Positions 37,208 to 46,874 of a stretch of DNA of 64,000 nt are shown here, piece after piece. The stretch comes from a virus. The position numbers and the translations under genes were made by a program. The notes below the pieces were generated by a model. It was not told the DNA's origin. It did no database searches and saw only the letters and a program-made list of their open reading frames with translations. The DNA lies in the IMG/VR virus record IMGVR_UViG_3300044613_003659, positions 32,001 to 96,000 of that record. One strand, given 5' to 3'. How positions within the stretch are numbered: the first letter of the stretch is position 1; each line of letters starts with the position of its first letter.

Positions 37208-37546
37208 TTACTTTTTACGTCCACTCTTCATATTTGCACACCAGTGATACATACGACCACGTTCGCCACCCGACTTTTTAGCTCGAGCTCTTAGATCAGT
37301 AACACTACCTGCACAACTAGCACCAGAACGTTTCACACGGCCTGGACGACTCTTGCCTTTAACCTTGCCATCTGCGAAGTTTTCGTCTACTGACTCACCA
37401 CCATCGCCTCCACCGCTGTCGCTGGACTCGCTGCCTGTACCACTACCATAGTAACCGTAGCCGGGATACCAGTAGCCGCCGAAGTATTTGTTGCTGCGTT
37501 TACGCTTTCTTTTTTTGCGTTCAGTTACAAACTCTTTAGCTCTCAT
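37208..37546 (-). CDS. putative internal head protein, basic and Gly-rich
   Basis: MRAKEFVTE leader; ENFADGK; HWCANMK. Confidence 0.65.
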   Translation of the reverse strand: MRAKEFVTERKKRKRKRSNKYFGGYWYPGYGYYGSGTGSESSDSGGGDGGESVDENFADGKVKGKSRPGRVKRSGASCAGSVTDLRARAKKSGGERGRMYHWCANMKSGRKK

Positions 37547-38106
37547 TATCGTGCCAATCTCTGCATCATTGCTTTTGGATCCATTTCTGCTCCTAGTGCC
37601 ATATCTCTGGTATCTGGTACACCTACACCACCGGATCCGCCCCCTGTTTTTATACCTGCTGTTTTTGAGTCAACTGGTGTTTTAGCTACATCAGAGGATG
37701 AAGCAAAAACTACAGGTACTTTTGCTTTTTTCCATAACGGGTTATCTCTATCCATTCTTTTTTGTAATAAACCTAACGCAGAAATTCTATGAGCACCATC
37801 ATCAAGTTTTCCGTCTACAGCTACAATAGGTGGCAAAGTTTTTAATGACTCAGGATTGTCCTTTAAAAACTTTGCATATTCTACCGCTTTGGGAGTCACA
37901 TTCCAACTAAAATCTTTTTTATCGTAATCTCTAATTACATCTTTGTGATATGGTATTCCCTGTATACTTTTATGAATTTGTTTTAAAGTTAAATTTTGTT
38001 GATTTAGATTAGCATCAGGATTTAATTGGGCAGCTTTACCAGAACTTGGCCCGGGTTGTGGTACTGATAAATCGTCAGCCTCTAGTATAAATTCGTATGC
38101 TCTCAT
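37546..38106 (-). CDS. putative internal head protein with ParB/Srx-like motif
   Basis: MRAYEFILE; LPPIVAVDGKLDDGAHR. Confidence 0.6.
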   Translation of the reverse strand: MRAYEFILEADDLSVPQPGPSSGKAAQLNPDANLNQQNLTLKQIHKSIQGIPYHKDVIRDYDKKDFSWNVTPKAVEYAKFLKDNPESLKTLPPIVAVDGKLDDGAHRISALGLLQKRMDRDNPLWKKAKVPVVFASSSDVAKTPVDSKTAGIKTGGGSGGVGVPDTRDMALGAEMDPKAMMQRLAR

Positions 38107-39104
38107 AGATTCCTTTCCCAAATCACAAAGGGATCATTTACTACTATTGTGCCGTCGGGTCTGGCCATATAATTGCCACGATGTAGATCTATGCTATAGT
38201 TGTGTTTTCTAGCGAATTGTTGCACTGTTTTTACAGTCTTTAACAGATTCTTTGCTGCTTCTGGTCCACCCAAGAAGTTTATACTGTCTTTGATTTCATA
38301 CCATAACGGTTGATCACCTTCGTAACTGCTGTCTTGTGCATAGCCAGTTAAAATTTCCATTGCACGGTCAAAATTGCCTCGGCCTACCTGCATAGTTACT
38401 TCTTCAATGTTGCCAACAAGATAACCCACTTCATCAGGTAATTCTCGTAATGCTTCCATTCTGGCTTGTATATAGTTTTTGCCTTGGTATTCAAATGTTT
38501 CAAATCCTGAAAATCTTGGCAAGTGTGGATTGTCTCTGTTCTTGTTACAGTAGTTGATCCAATTGATAAACATACGCTGATCAGGACTGAATCCTTCTAC
38601 ACCTTTACGATAGCCAAACACAATATATACTTGTCCGTTGGGTTCAAGATATGCTTGTTTATCTATGCCACCACCAAGGTACTTGTAACCCTTATCCATC
38701 AAGGCTTTTCTAATACCGCCGTGTATTTCACCTGCCATTTCGTTGACCATTTCTTCTAGATGCGGAATCGCATCTTCGGCTCTTATGGCCTTGGCATAGT
38801 CTTGGGGTGTATCTATATCATGTAAATTAAAGCCCAGTCGTTTAAGCAAGGGAATCATTTTGTGTTCTTCTTCTTCGCTGCCAAACGCAAACACTGTGTG
38901 CGGTACACCTTTGTTAAATGTTCTAGGATCAGCATCATCTAGGTCACTTACTGCCATACCCAGCTTGTACCAGTCGTACACATCACTGACATCTACTAAT
39001 GTAGTGCCTTTAGGAAAGTTTAATGGAACACCAGGATCACTTTTGAGATAACGATCTTCATCGTAATCGGGATTGTCTTCTAGTGTAAATTCTCTTGCTC
39101 TCAT
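38103..39104 (-). CDS. putative internal head protein with C-terminal protein kinase-like domain
   Basis: MRAREFTLE; YLGGG, HLPRF, RMEAL, DLHRGNYM, VVNDP. Confidence 0.7.
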   Translation of the reverse strand: MRAREFTLEDNPDYDEDRYLKSDPGVPLNFPKGTTLVDVSDVYDWYKLGMAVSDLDDADPRTFNKGVPHTVFAFGSEEEEHKMIPLLKRLGFNLHDIDTPQDYAKAIRAEDAIPHLEEMVNEMAGEIHGGIRKALMDKGYKYLGGGIDKQAYLEPNGQVYIVFGYRKGVEGFSPDQRMFINWINYCNKNRDNPHLPRFSGFETFEYQGKNYIQARMEALRELPDEVGYLVGNIEEVTMQVGRGNFDRAMEILTGYAQDSSYEGDQPLWYEIKDSINFLGGPEAAKNLLKTVKTVQQFARKHNYSIDLHRGNYMARPDGTIVVNDPFVIWERNL

Positions 39105-39685
39105 CTTCTGCGCCTTGGCATAAATCTTGGTTTTTTCTCAGTTGGTTGTGCAGTTGGCTTGGGACCTGGACGATCTATAGATACTCGGCGTGGATTTGTT
39201 AGACCGGCAGTATCAAACCATGCTGTACTTTCTACATCCCAACTGCTCATATACACATCATTTGATCTATTTGTACCATCATAATGAACAGCATCATAAT
39301 CTCGTGCAATAGCCTGCCATGGCATTTTTTGAAACAAGTCCATGATGTTTTTAATTTCAACACCGTATTGTGCGGCAGCAGACACAGCGTCTCGGTCTGA
39401 ATTGATTGCTAAAATTTTAGTGCTAGGAGCCACATCAAATAGTATGCCCTCATTACCAATCCAGCCAGGCATATTTTCTAGTGCCCATTTGACCCATGCA
39501 CTGGTGATGCCATTGGCAGTTTGTTTAGCAGAACTGGTCCAACGACGAGCACGAGGTTTTAAAGCAAAAGTTTCTGCTACAATTGAAAAGTCTTTATTGC
39601 CTAATTCCTTGGGATGTGGCGCAAACAGTTGCGGACCCAGCCTAACGGTAGACAATGCTTCTGTTATAAAGTCTACCGCTCTCAT
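39101..39685 (-). CDS. putative internal head protein, unknown function
   Basis: MRAVDFITE; YDAVH, SWDVES. Confidence 0.6.
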   Translation of the reverse strand: MRAVDFITEALSTVRLGPQLFAPHPKELGNKDFSIVAETFALKPRARRWTSSAKQTANGITSAWVKWALENMPGWIGNEGILFDVAPSTKILAINSDRDAVSAAAQYGVEIKNIMDLFQKMPWQAIARDYDAVHYDGTNRSNDVYMSSWDVESTAWFDTAGLTNPRRVSIDRPGPKPTAQPTEKKPRFMPRRRR

Positions 39686-42183
39686 CTTGCTGGTATCACC
39701 ATGAATTCACCGCTGCCTAGCAGACCGTTTTGTCTCAACCAGTTCACAGCATACTGATTAGCTTCACCTTGATTGTTACGATGTACAAAACTATACACTT
39801 CACGATCGTTTTGATCTAACACTCTCCATCGTGTATTACCTGGTGGTAGGCTTTCTGACCCACGGGCAGCAGAACTCGCAGGTTCCGCTTCTATCCTGTT
39901 AATTGTCCATCTGGCACGCTCCAGTCGATCTCTCACTGCGGCCATAGCAGCATCAGCATTTGCTGCTGGAACTGTCATGCTATTGTTTCTTACTTCATCA
40001 CGATAGGTCACCTTATAATCGACTCTATATTGTGTTTGCTCTGCTTGTTGAACTTCTCCTTGATTGCGTGACAGATTGTCTCTTGGTCGCATGAGTGGTC
40101 TGACATATACAGGATCATCAAATCCTGTCTGCTGTTGCCATCTTGCTGCGTGTCTTTCGGCATCTGCTACTGCGTTTCCGATACCGCTTATTATAGATAC
40201 AACCTCATCGGTGTTTCTACTAACCACTTCCCAATGCCCGGTAAATTCTTGATCGCGACTAGGTGTTTGCTGCGCAGGCGGTTCACGCCAAACGGGTTGT
40301 GGCTCTCCTAATCTGGCTCTCAGGTTAAATGGTGTTTCTGGACCTGAGTAGTTGGGGTCGTGGGCTGCAATAATATCACTGGCTGCGACATTGGCGAATA
40401 TGTCAGGGAATCTTTGTCCGGCCATTGTTAGAGCTTGGAACATACTCATAGCTTTTACCCAAACACCTTGCGAACTGCCCTCTGGATACACACGATAAAA
40501 TTTATCTGACAAGGCATTCATGTCATCCGTGGTAGCAGCTCGTAATGGTTGTGCCCGCCAACCGTGTTCTTGCGCCCATTCTTCTATGCTATATGAACCA
40601 ATGTTTAATCGCCATTTTTTAATTGCTTCTACAAATGCATCTAGTTGAGTCTTGCCTATCACTTCCGTGCCTTGACTTTGATACGGACTTGAAGCACTAC
40701 CGGTTACTTTCCAAACCAACAAGATATCCTTGGCACCTTGCGTCAGTTTATCAACTCCACGCTTGCCCTGTATTTGTCTGACAAATGCTTTTAGGGCACT
40801 CTGCGGTAATTCGCCGGCTGCAAATTTTGCAAAGTATTGAATCACATCGTTGTCTTGGCCTTGCGATAGAGTTTTGTACAACTTCTTGTAGTATTCTTGT
40901 TTGAATTCTTCAGGCTTGGTAGCAACATCTAATGCCACTACTGCTCGTAACATGGTGTTCTTTACTGCAGAGAGATCATCGCCCAGCCAGTCGCCACCGG
41001 GACCACGGAATTCAACCCAATCGCCTCTATTGTTGATACTGCTATACTTGCCGGTGCTGCCTGTGTGTAGAACTTTGCTGGCCAATTGATTCAATCCACC
41101 TTGAAACTGTCTCATCATTTCTTCTACACGGCCAGGCTCGCTTCTAGCTACACCAACGATCTGTTTTAATATACTTTTACAATAGCTATTACCCGCACGA
41201 CCAAATTGTTCTAAGATATAGTTGTCGCCCAAGAACATGGCCAGTTTAACAAAGTCTAGATTTTGTTGACCAGGCACACTCACATTCATGTGCAGGCCAG
41301 TGCTATCGTTGGTATAAGCACCCGCTCTACCAGCCCATGCCGCAACTTTGTCTATATCCTCTAACATTTCCGCCACTGTGAGTGGAGGGCTAACAAACTC
41401 CAATCCGCCATCACCAGGTTCGTCGCCGTGTAGGCTTGAGTCTGGCTCTACCACATAGTGTCCAGGTTGTCTATAAGCACCGTGATAACTGGTACTAGCA
41501 TTAACCGGGCGACCTATTGCTTGGCCGAAATCATCTGCTACAGCATTAATACTAAGACCGCTGCTGCCATAGAAATCATCTGGTTGTGTCCAGTATGGCC
41601 ATTCTAGGCCGTGTTCACTAGCAAAGTCCGACATCATACCAATACCGTTGTCGTCTAGCCATTCCTCAAACTTTAAATCAAGATCATCGCGAAATTCGTC
41701 TAGCAATTCATCTCTAATGCTATCTTCGTTGTCTGTCAGGTATTCGCGAACTGCGGTTTCATATTCTTCATCTGTTTCAAAATCGTCTCTGCTTACATTG
41801 CTGGTAGCAATTTCTATGGCTCTTTCTTGACCTTCGTTGGATGCTAAAAACTCTTCTTCTTGCTCGTCGGTCCACGCAAGGAAGTTCTCATTTAGTTCGT
41901 CGATGGCTCTTTGTATTGACCGAGTGCTGTTGCTTACCTCGCCGCCGCGGAAAAAGCTCATTATTTCATTGGTCCATCCTGGACCAGTAGGAAACCTTTC
42001 GTCGGCATCATAATCTGGCTCAGGATCAAATTCTTCATCTTCAACTTCTGTATTAGGAACAATTAGTTCAAATTCCATGCCCACTCTAGCGTCAATGTTC
42101 TTGGCCATTTTTGCAAGATTGGTTGGGCTCATTTTGAGCTCAAACAATTCATCTTCGGTTAGTTCAAATTCACGGTATCTCAT
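39682..42183 (-). CDS. putative amidoligase (COOH-NH2 ligase type 2) with acidic insert and repeated C-terminal modules
   Basis: VGMEFE, PDSSL, GLEFVSPPL, TGLHMNVS, KYSSIN, VEFR. Confidence 0.8.
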   Translation of the reverse strand: MRYREFELTEDELFELKMSPTNLAKMAKNIDARVGMEFELIVPNTEVEDEEFDPEPDYDADERFPTGPGWTNEIMSFFRGGEVSNSTRSIQRAIDELNENFLAWTDEQEEEFLASNEGQERAIEIATSNVSRDDFETDEEYETAVREYLTDNEDSIRDELLDEFRDDLDLKFEEWLDDNGIGMMSDFASEHGLEWPYWTQPDDFYGSSGLSINAVADDFGQAIGRPVNASTSYHGAYRQPGHYVVEPDSSLHGDEPGDGGLEFVSPPLTVAEMLEDIDKVAAWAGRAGAYTNDSTGLHMNVSVPGQQNLDFVKLAMFLGDNYILEQFGRAGNSYCKSILKQIVGVARSEPGRVEEMMRQFQGGLNQLASKVLHTGSTGKYSSINNRGDWVEFRGPGGDWLGDDLSAVKNTMLRAVVALDVATKPEEFKQEYYKKLYKTLSQGQDNDVIQYFAKFAAGELPQSALKAFVRQIQGKRGVDKLTQGAKDILLVWKVTGSASSPYQSQGTEVIGKTQLDAFVEAIKKWRLNIGSYSIEEWAQEHGWRAQPLRAATTDDMNALSDKFYRVYPEGSSQGVWVKAMSMFQALTMAGQRFPDIFANVAASDIIAAHDPNYSGPETPFNLRARLGEPQPVWREPPAQQTPSRDQEFTGHWEVVSRNTDEVVSIISGIGNAVADAERHAARWQQQTGFDDPVYVRPLMRPRDNLSRNQGEVQQAEQTQYRVDYKVTYRDEVRNNSMTVPAANADAAMAAVRDRLERARWTINRIEAEPASSAARGSESLPPGNTRWRVLDQNDREVYSFVHRNNQGEANQYAVNWLRQNGLLGSGEFMVIPAR

Positions 42184-42569
42184 TCTATTATTTCCGGATG
42201 TTCTTTGCCATACAGTTTCATTAGGTAGCCGGCTACAGCATCGGCCTGTTGTTCAATTGGTGATCCTGGATAGCTTTGATCACCATGCACCATGTTGGCT
42301 TCATGTTGTTTGCGATGCGCTAGTTCGTGTGCTACAGTACGCATGATATCAATCAAATTTCTGTTGCCGGTATAGATCCACATGATATCATCGTTGTCGT
42401 CATAATAACCGGTTCTATGTTGATCTGGTCCTTCTTTGGCATCTTGGAAACGAATTTTAGGTAATGCTTGTTCAATGTTTAATTTACGCACACACCATTG
42501 AATAAAATCACGCAATTGCTCTTCGTGTTCTTGAAATGTGCTTTCTACAACAAATTCTCTAGCTCGCAT
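42180..42569 (-). CDS. zincin-like metallopeptidase
   Basis: RTVAHELAHRKQ...E..AD. Confidence 0.7.
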   Translation of the reverse strand: MRAREFVVESTFQEHEEQLRDFIQWCVRKLNIEQALPKIRFQDAKEGPDQHRTGYYDDNDDIMWIYTGNRNLIDIMRTVAHELAHRKQHEANMVHGDQSYPGSPIEQQADAVAGYLMKLYGKEHPEIIE

Positions 42570-43212
42570 CTGCTTTATCCTGTGGACCAGCTATCATCTT
42601 GCCATAGTCCTTGCTCTGTATGTTTTGCGGCGTATGCTCACGCCTACCTTTTACAATTTCAAATGCTCGGCGTAATCCACTGGCTACCGTATCTAGGCCA
42701 TCTTCATCTGCTTGATACTTGATTCCGATACCGCCCGATTGTTCCCATTCGGTCAGTACGGTATTACGATCATCAACCAAGATATTCGGCGTGCCGTCGG
42801 GCTGCTTGGCATACTTGCCTTTACGACCAGTAATGCGTATTACTCTGGGTTGCGGATCTAAATTTTCCGCTATCCATGCTCGTTTCATTGCTTCACTATT
42901 TTGGTTATCACCGCGTAATGGGCTTGAGCAGATATTGTAGTATCCAAACACTTGTACCACCATTGCTACCAATCTATCTGCTGACGGAAACTTAGGCAGT
43001 CTGTAAAAGAAATCAGTACCACGCATCTGTGCAATTACAGGTTCGCGTAGTTCTGCAGGAATGTTGCGATAGTCTGCTCGGCCGCTCTTTACATCTGCGG
43101 GCACTCCGGCTAATTTAGCATATTCTGAGAAGAAATCTGCCAGTACGCCATCCATGTCTAAGAATATTTCTGGGCGGCCGCGAGGTTGTTGTTCTAGTTC
43201 GTATAAGCGCAT
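42559..43212 (-). CDS. HAD-family 5'(3')-deoxyribonucleotidase
   Basis: FLDMDGVLADF, ICSSP, K, LVDD; start trimmed to MRLYELE. Confidence 0.85.
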   Translation of the reverse strand: MRLYELEQQPRGRPEIFLDMDGVLADFFSEYAKLAGVPADVKSGRADYRNIPAELREPVIAQMRGTDFFYRLPKFPSADRLVAMVVQVFGYYNICSSPLRGDNQNSEAMKRAWIAENLDPQPRVIRITGRKGKYAKQPDGTPNILVDDRNTVLTEWEQSGGIGIKYQADEDGLDTVASGLRRAFEIVKGRREHTPQNIQSKDYGKMIAGPQDKADAS

Positions 43213-43252
43213 TTTGTATTTATTGGCAATTACATTTAAGAAGTTTTTGTCA

Positions 43253-43281
43253 AAAAAAATGCCCCGAAGGGCATTTTTTTT
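43253..43281. terminator. bidirectional intrinsic terminator
   Basis: AAAAAAATGCCC-CGAA-GGGCATTTTTTT. Confidence 0.85.
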
Positions 43282-43288
43282 GTTGCAG

Positions 43289-43858
43289 TTATCGTCGGTT
43301 ATTTGCATCAATTTCGCTAAATGCTCGATCGGACTTGGCCTTTGTATCAGCAGTTACACGGCGTCTATCATTGCGTATTGCCAGCTGATTGGCTTCACCC
43401 ATTGGTAGTGCTACTAGGGCATATGAACGATATCGATTACCTTCAGCAATACGTTTGATTTCTACAATTTCTGCGCCTGAAATATCAGTACCGCGGCACA
43501 TTGCACGTATAGCCATTTCGCTACGCTCTACACTGACATCGTCAACGTCGCTCATAAACATCTTGCTTTGTTTATCAACTTCGCCGCCAGCTGCCATACA
43601 GATTTTGCTAAATGCAATGAGTTTGGCTTTTTCGTCAGCCATGCTAAAATCTCGGCTCACTCCTGTGCCATTTGCATAAACTGCGTCCTTGCTTTCAGGA
43701 AGCTCAGTCATCCATTTAGGCGCTTTATCGATAGTACGCTCGACATATTTTTCTTGTCGTTTACTTTCGTATTCAGCACGTTTTTCAAATCGCTCAGTAG
43801 TACCGCAAGCAGTAACGAGAGCAGCTATTGGAACCAACATAAAAAGTTTATTCATCAT
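43289..43858 (-). CDS. LPP20-like lipoprotein
   Basis: Lipobox VTAC; APKWM...YANGTG.S. Confidence 0.7.
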   Translation of the reverse strand: MMNKLFMLVPIAALVTACGTTERFEKRAEYESKRQEKYVERTIDKAPKWMTELPESKDAVYANGTGVSRDFSMADEKAKLIAFSKICMAAGGEVDKQSKMFMSDVDDVSVERSEMAIRAMCRGTDISGAEIVEIKRIAEGNRYRSYALVALPMGEANQLAIRNDRRRVTADTKAKSDRAFSEIDANNRR

Positions 43859-43864
43859 TACACC

Positions 43865-43987
43865 TTATCTAGATTTAATCCACTCGCCAGCACGTTGTAA
43901 ATCGTTACCGGCTCCACTTACTGCACCGCCTACTGTGCCACAGCCAGTAAGGGCTACTACAAACAAAAAAGTAATAAAAGTTTTCAT
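43865..43987 (-). CDS. entericidin EcnA/B-like lipoprotein, 40 aa (not in ORF track)
   Basis: LTGCGTVGGAVSGAGNDLQRAGEWI. Confidence 0.65.
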   Translation of the reverse strand: MKTFITFLFVVALTGCGTVGGAVSGAGNDLQRAGEWIKSR

Positions 43988-44007
43988 AATCTATTGTAAA
44001 TTAAAGA

Positions 44008-45094
44008 TTAAAATTTGTCAACCACAGTCCACTCATTTCTAATTACACAACCAACAATCTGCCATTGCATCAAATTATTGGTACGTGGATCTATGTCTGA
44101 TTCTAAAAAATATCTGCATGTGGATCCTTTGTATTCAAAAGGATCTGAATTTGGCACGGGTTTAAGTTCACTAATTTTAAAGGTATCAAATTTTTTGAGT
44201 CCTTTCTTGAGTTGCGGAATTTCAAAATCATTACAATAAAGGGTCTGACTGGATTGTACTGAACTACCTGCCACTCGTTCAAGTATTTTGGTACGACCTG
44301 CTTGCAAAGCCTGCGCACACACTTGATCAGTACTGTCTGTGATCGGACCTTGGCTTTCGCCTCGTGCATCGTGCCAACGGTTGTTTATACGAGCTTTAAA
44401 AACAACTGTGCATATTTGTTGATTGCCCGCAGTTTTAACAAATTTTTGAAAATCTGTAACTTCTTTGATTTCAGTATTTGTCTTGTTAGCGGTAACTGAC
44501 TCTTGATAGCAATCAGCCATGGCTACTGCGGGCAACAGACAAACTACTGTTGCGGTTTTTTGAAAGAATCTTCTAGTAAACATCTTTGCCTCAGTTGTCT
44601 CTGTTGCGCCTTGATCATAGCTTCGTGTTCGCCGTCCATGCCGGCTGAACTATCCGCTGCTGTACCGTTCCAGACATTAGAAACTATGCCCAAAATTGAA
44701 GTCATCTGTCCAGCAAGTATAAATCTTTGATTGTCACTGTACCTTTGACTTTCCAAAAATTGATACTGTTCATTGCGTTGATCACAGTTAATTTTGTAGT
44801 TAGACAAATCATTAGCACTCATTCTCACGGGTGTTGTACAGGCTGTTTGTGCTACAGCAGCGAGAATAATCAAGTAGTTTTTCATCTACACTCTTTTTGT
44901 AAGTCCCAAAATTTTTGTCTAATTTTACGACGTTCATTGAGATCATCGTTGGACAACTGTGATTCGGCTTGTGCCAAAAGTTGCTCCTGTCTTTGCTTGT
45001 TATAACAATCAGCGAACCAAGCTGTAGTGTCAGGAGCGTGTCTTGTGGCACAGGCACTGAGCAAAACTGAAACCGCGACTATAAATGATTTCAT
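44008..45094 (-). other. three secreted or lipoprotein ORFs (44008-44583, 44544-44885, 44882-45094)
   Basis: Signal peptides and lipoboxes QTAC, LSAC. Confidence 0.65.
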
Positions 45095-45256
45095 TGTGCT
45101 CGGTTGGGCAGTATAGCAGATTTAAAAATTTGCAATGCGGTATTTTCATCACAACCAGAATTGCGCTGGATATACCGTACAGCATCCTTAGAATTAAGTT
45201 GGAGAACAAAAATTGCTTCGTCTGCAAATCGTTGTGCCTGTGTCATACTATTTCCT

Positions 45257-45673
45257 TTACCAAGATGAATTGTAAAAAACTTTGAGACCAGTAAAAAGTT
45301 CTGCGCGAGCCCGGCGTATAAAATCTAAATCTTGAAGCCGATAATAATCATCGCTATCACTACCAAAGAAAAAACCAGAAGTAGATGGGAGCCTACCATT
45401 TTTAACGTCCTCCTCCAGAGTCTCTAGATCTTCCCAGGTCAGTTCTAGTTCTACACCGTTAAAGTTGCTACCCCACGAACTGTCCGAGTTGTTACCGCCT
45501 TTGTGTAACCACAGTTGTTCCATCCAACCATGTAAATTAGGATGCTTGCGCCAATAGGCTAATTCGATTGTTGGGTCTTGAAAATCTTCATTACCCTTTT
45601 CGTATCGCTGTTCGTAATACTCATTTTTTGCGCCGGCCTTTGCTGCGGCGTAGGCATACATATCTAAACCCAT
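45257..45673 (-). CDS. phage hypothetical protein (MGLDMY...YWRK type)
   Basis: MGLDMY, YWRKHPNLHGW, GFFFG, YNSSW. Confidence 0.75.
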   Translation of the reverse strand: MGLDMYAYAAAKAGAKNEYYEQRYEKGNEDFQDPTIELAYWRKHPNLHGWMEQLWLHKGGNNSDSSWGSNFNGVELELTWEDLETLEEDVKNGRLPSTSGFFFGSDSDDYYRLQDLDFIRRARAELFTGLKVFYNSSW

Positions 45674-45723
45674 TTGAACCTCTTGTGATTTAACTGTTTC
45701 TATTATAATCAAAATCTACAATT

Positions 45724-46071
45724 TTAGTCAACTCGTTCTTTTGACTTGAGTTTGACAACGGTAAGTTTGGTGTTTTTATTAGCCGGCGGCGGATCGTTAA
45801 GTTTGTCGCCAAACTCTCTTCCAACATAATATTCACACAATCTATGGCGGCACATCGTTGGAATATCTTCAAATCCGGGATCTAATAGAAATTGATAAGA
45901 GCTCCGACCCCAAGTGGAATATTTGATAAAGACATAATAAGCTCGTCGATGATCTTTATTTGCCGGGTCAAAAACTGTAGCGGGTCTACAATTTAACAAT
46001 AATTTGTTCACTGTACATCCTAAAAAAGTTAATAGGATAGTTATACTAACACATAAAAAAAGCCCTGTCAA
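45724..46071 (-). CDS. hypothetical protein
   Basis: FDPANKDHR motif; true start probably downstream of the annotated one. Confidence 0.5.
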   Translation of the reverse strand: MTGLFLCVSITILLTFLGCTVNKLLLNCRPATVFDPANKDHRRAYYVFIKYSTWGRSSYQFLLDPGFEDIPTMCRHRLCEYYVGREFGDKLNDPPPANKNTKLTVVKLKSKERVD

Positions 46072-46109
46072 GCAGGGCTTTTTACGGATCTTGCTATTTT
46101 AGCAACTGT

Positions 46110-46328
46110 TTACTTTTTGCTAACAGGTTGCTTTGGTACAGTAGCTAGAATCGAATCATACACAATTTTAGCCATGTCAGTGGTAGTAGTAAATACTGCC
46201 TTGGTAAAATTGGCATGTGCATCAATTAGTGATTCTACACCATTCTTAACATCTTGGTTTGGAATAAATGCAAATGCTTGCTTGGCGGTGTTGCTGCTGT
46301 GGTCTACAATAGTATCAATTGATAACAT
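46110..46328 (-). CDS. small amphipathic phasin-like protein
   Basis: Ala/Thr-rich amphipathic helices; TGC-repeat palindrome upstream. Confidence 0.4.
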   Translation of the reverse strand: MLSIDTIVDHSSNTAKQAFAFIPNQDVKNGVESLIDAHANFTKAVFTTTTDMAKIVYDSILATVPKQPVSKK

Positions 46329-46466
46329 TTGAGTTCTCCTTAAAAGTAATGTTCAAGTATTATACTATAATTTATGCTGCACCGCAATATAAAATGTGCT
46401 ACTATTTGAATTTAATTTTTCCATTTTGTGCCGATAAATATTGCTATTATTCAAGGAGAAGTCAAA

Positions 46467-46874
46467 ATGGAATTACTTTTAATTGTTGTAGTGTTAATAG
46501 CTGTAGGAGCCTGGTGGATCTGGTCAGAAAGCAAACATTCTAAGTCAGGGTCACATCCTTTAGATGGTCCAACCAAAACTCCAGAACCATGGCCATTCCC
46601 AACTAGTCGTCCGCCCGAAGGCGAAAACAAACCAGTGCAGCCCGAGATACCAACTTTGACTGAAAAACTTGATGTCAACAAGGACGGAAAAGTTGATGTA
46701 AAAGATGCTGTATCCGTATTAGATGTCAACAAAGATGGCAAAGTAGATCTTAAAGATGCGGTGGCAGCAGCAGATGTTGTTGCAAAGAAAACAAAAAAGG
46801 CAGCAACAAAAGTTAAGGCCAAAGCCACTGAAACGGTAGAAAAAGTCAAAAAATCCCGCAGTACAAAAAAATAA
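46467..46874 (+). CDS. membrane-anchored protein with two EF-hand-like loops and a Lys-rich tail
   Basis: TM segment, PWPFP, DVNKDGKVD twice; AAGGAG SD. Confidence 0.75.
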   Translation: MELLLIVVVLIAVGAWWIWSESKHSKSGSHPLDGPTKTPEPWPFPTSRPPEGENKPVQPEIPTLTEKLDVNKDGKVDVKDAVSVLDVNKDGKVDLKDAVAAADVVAKKTKKAATKVKAKATETVEKVKKSRSTKK

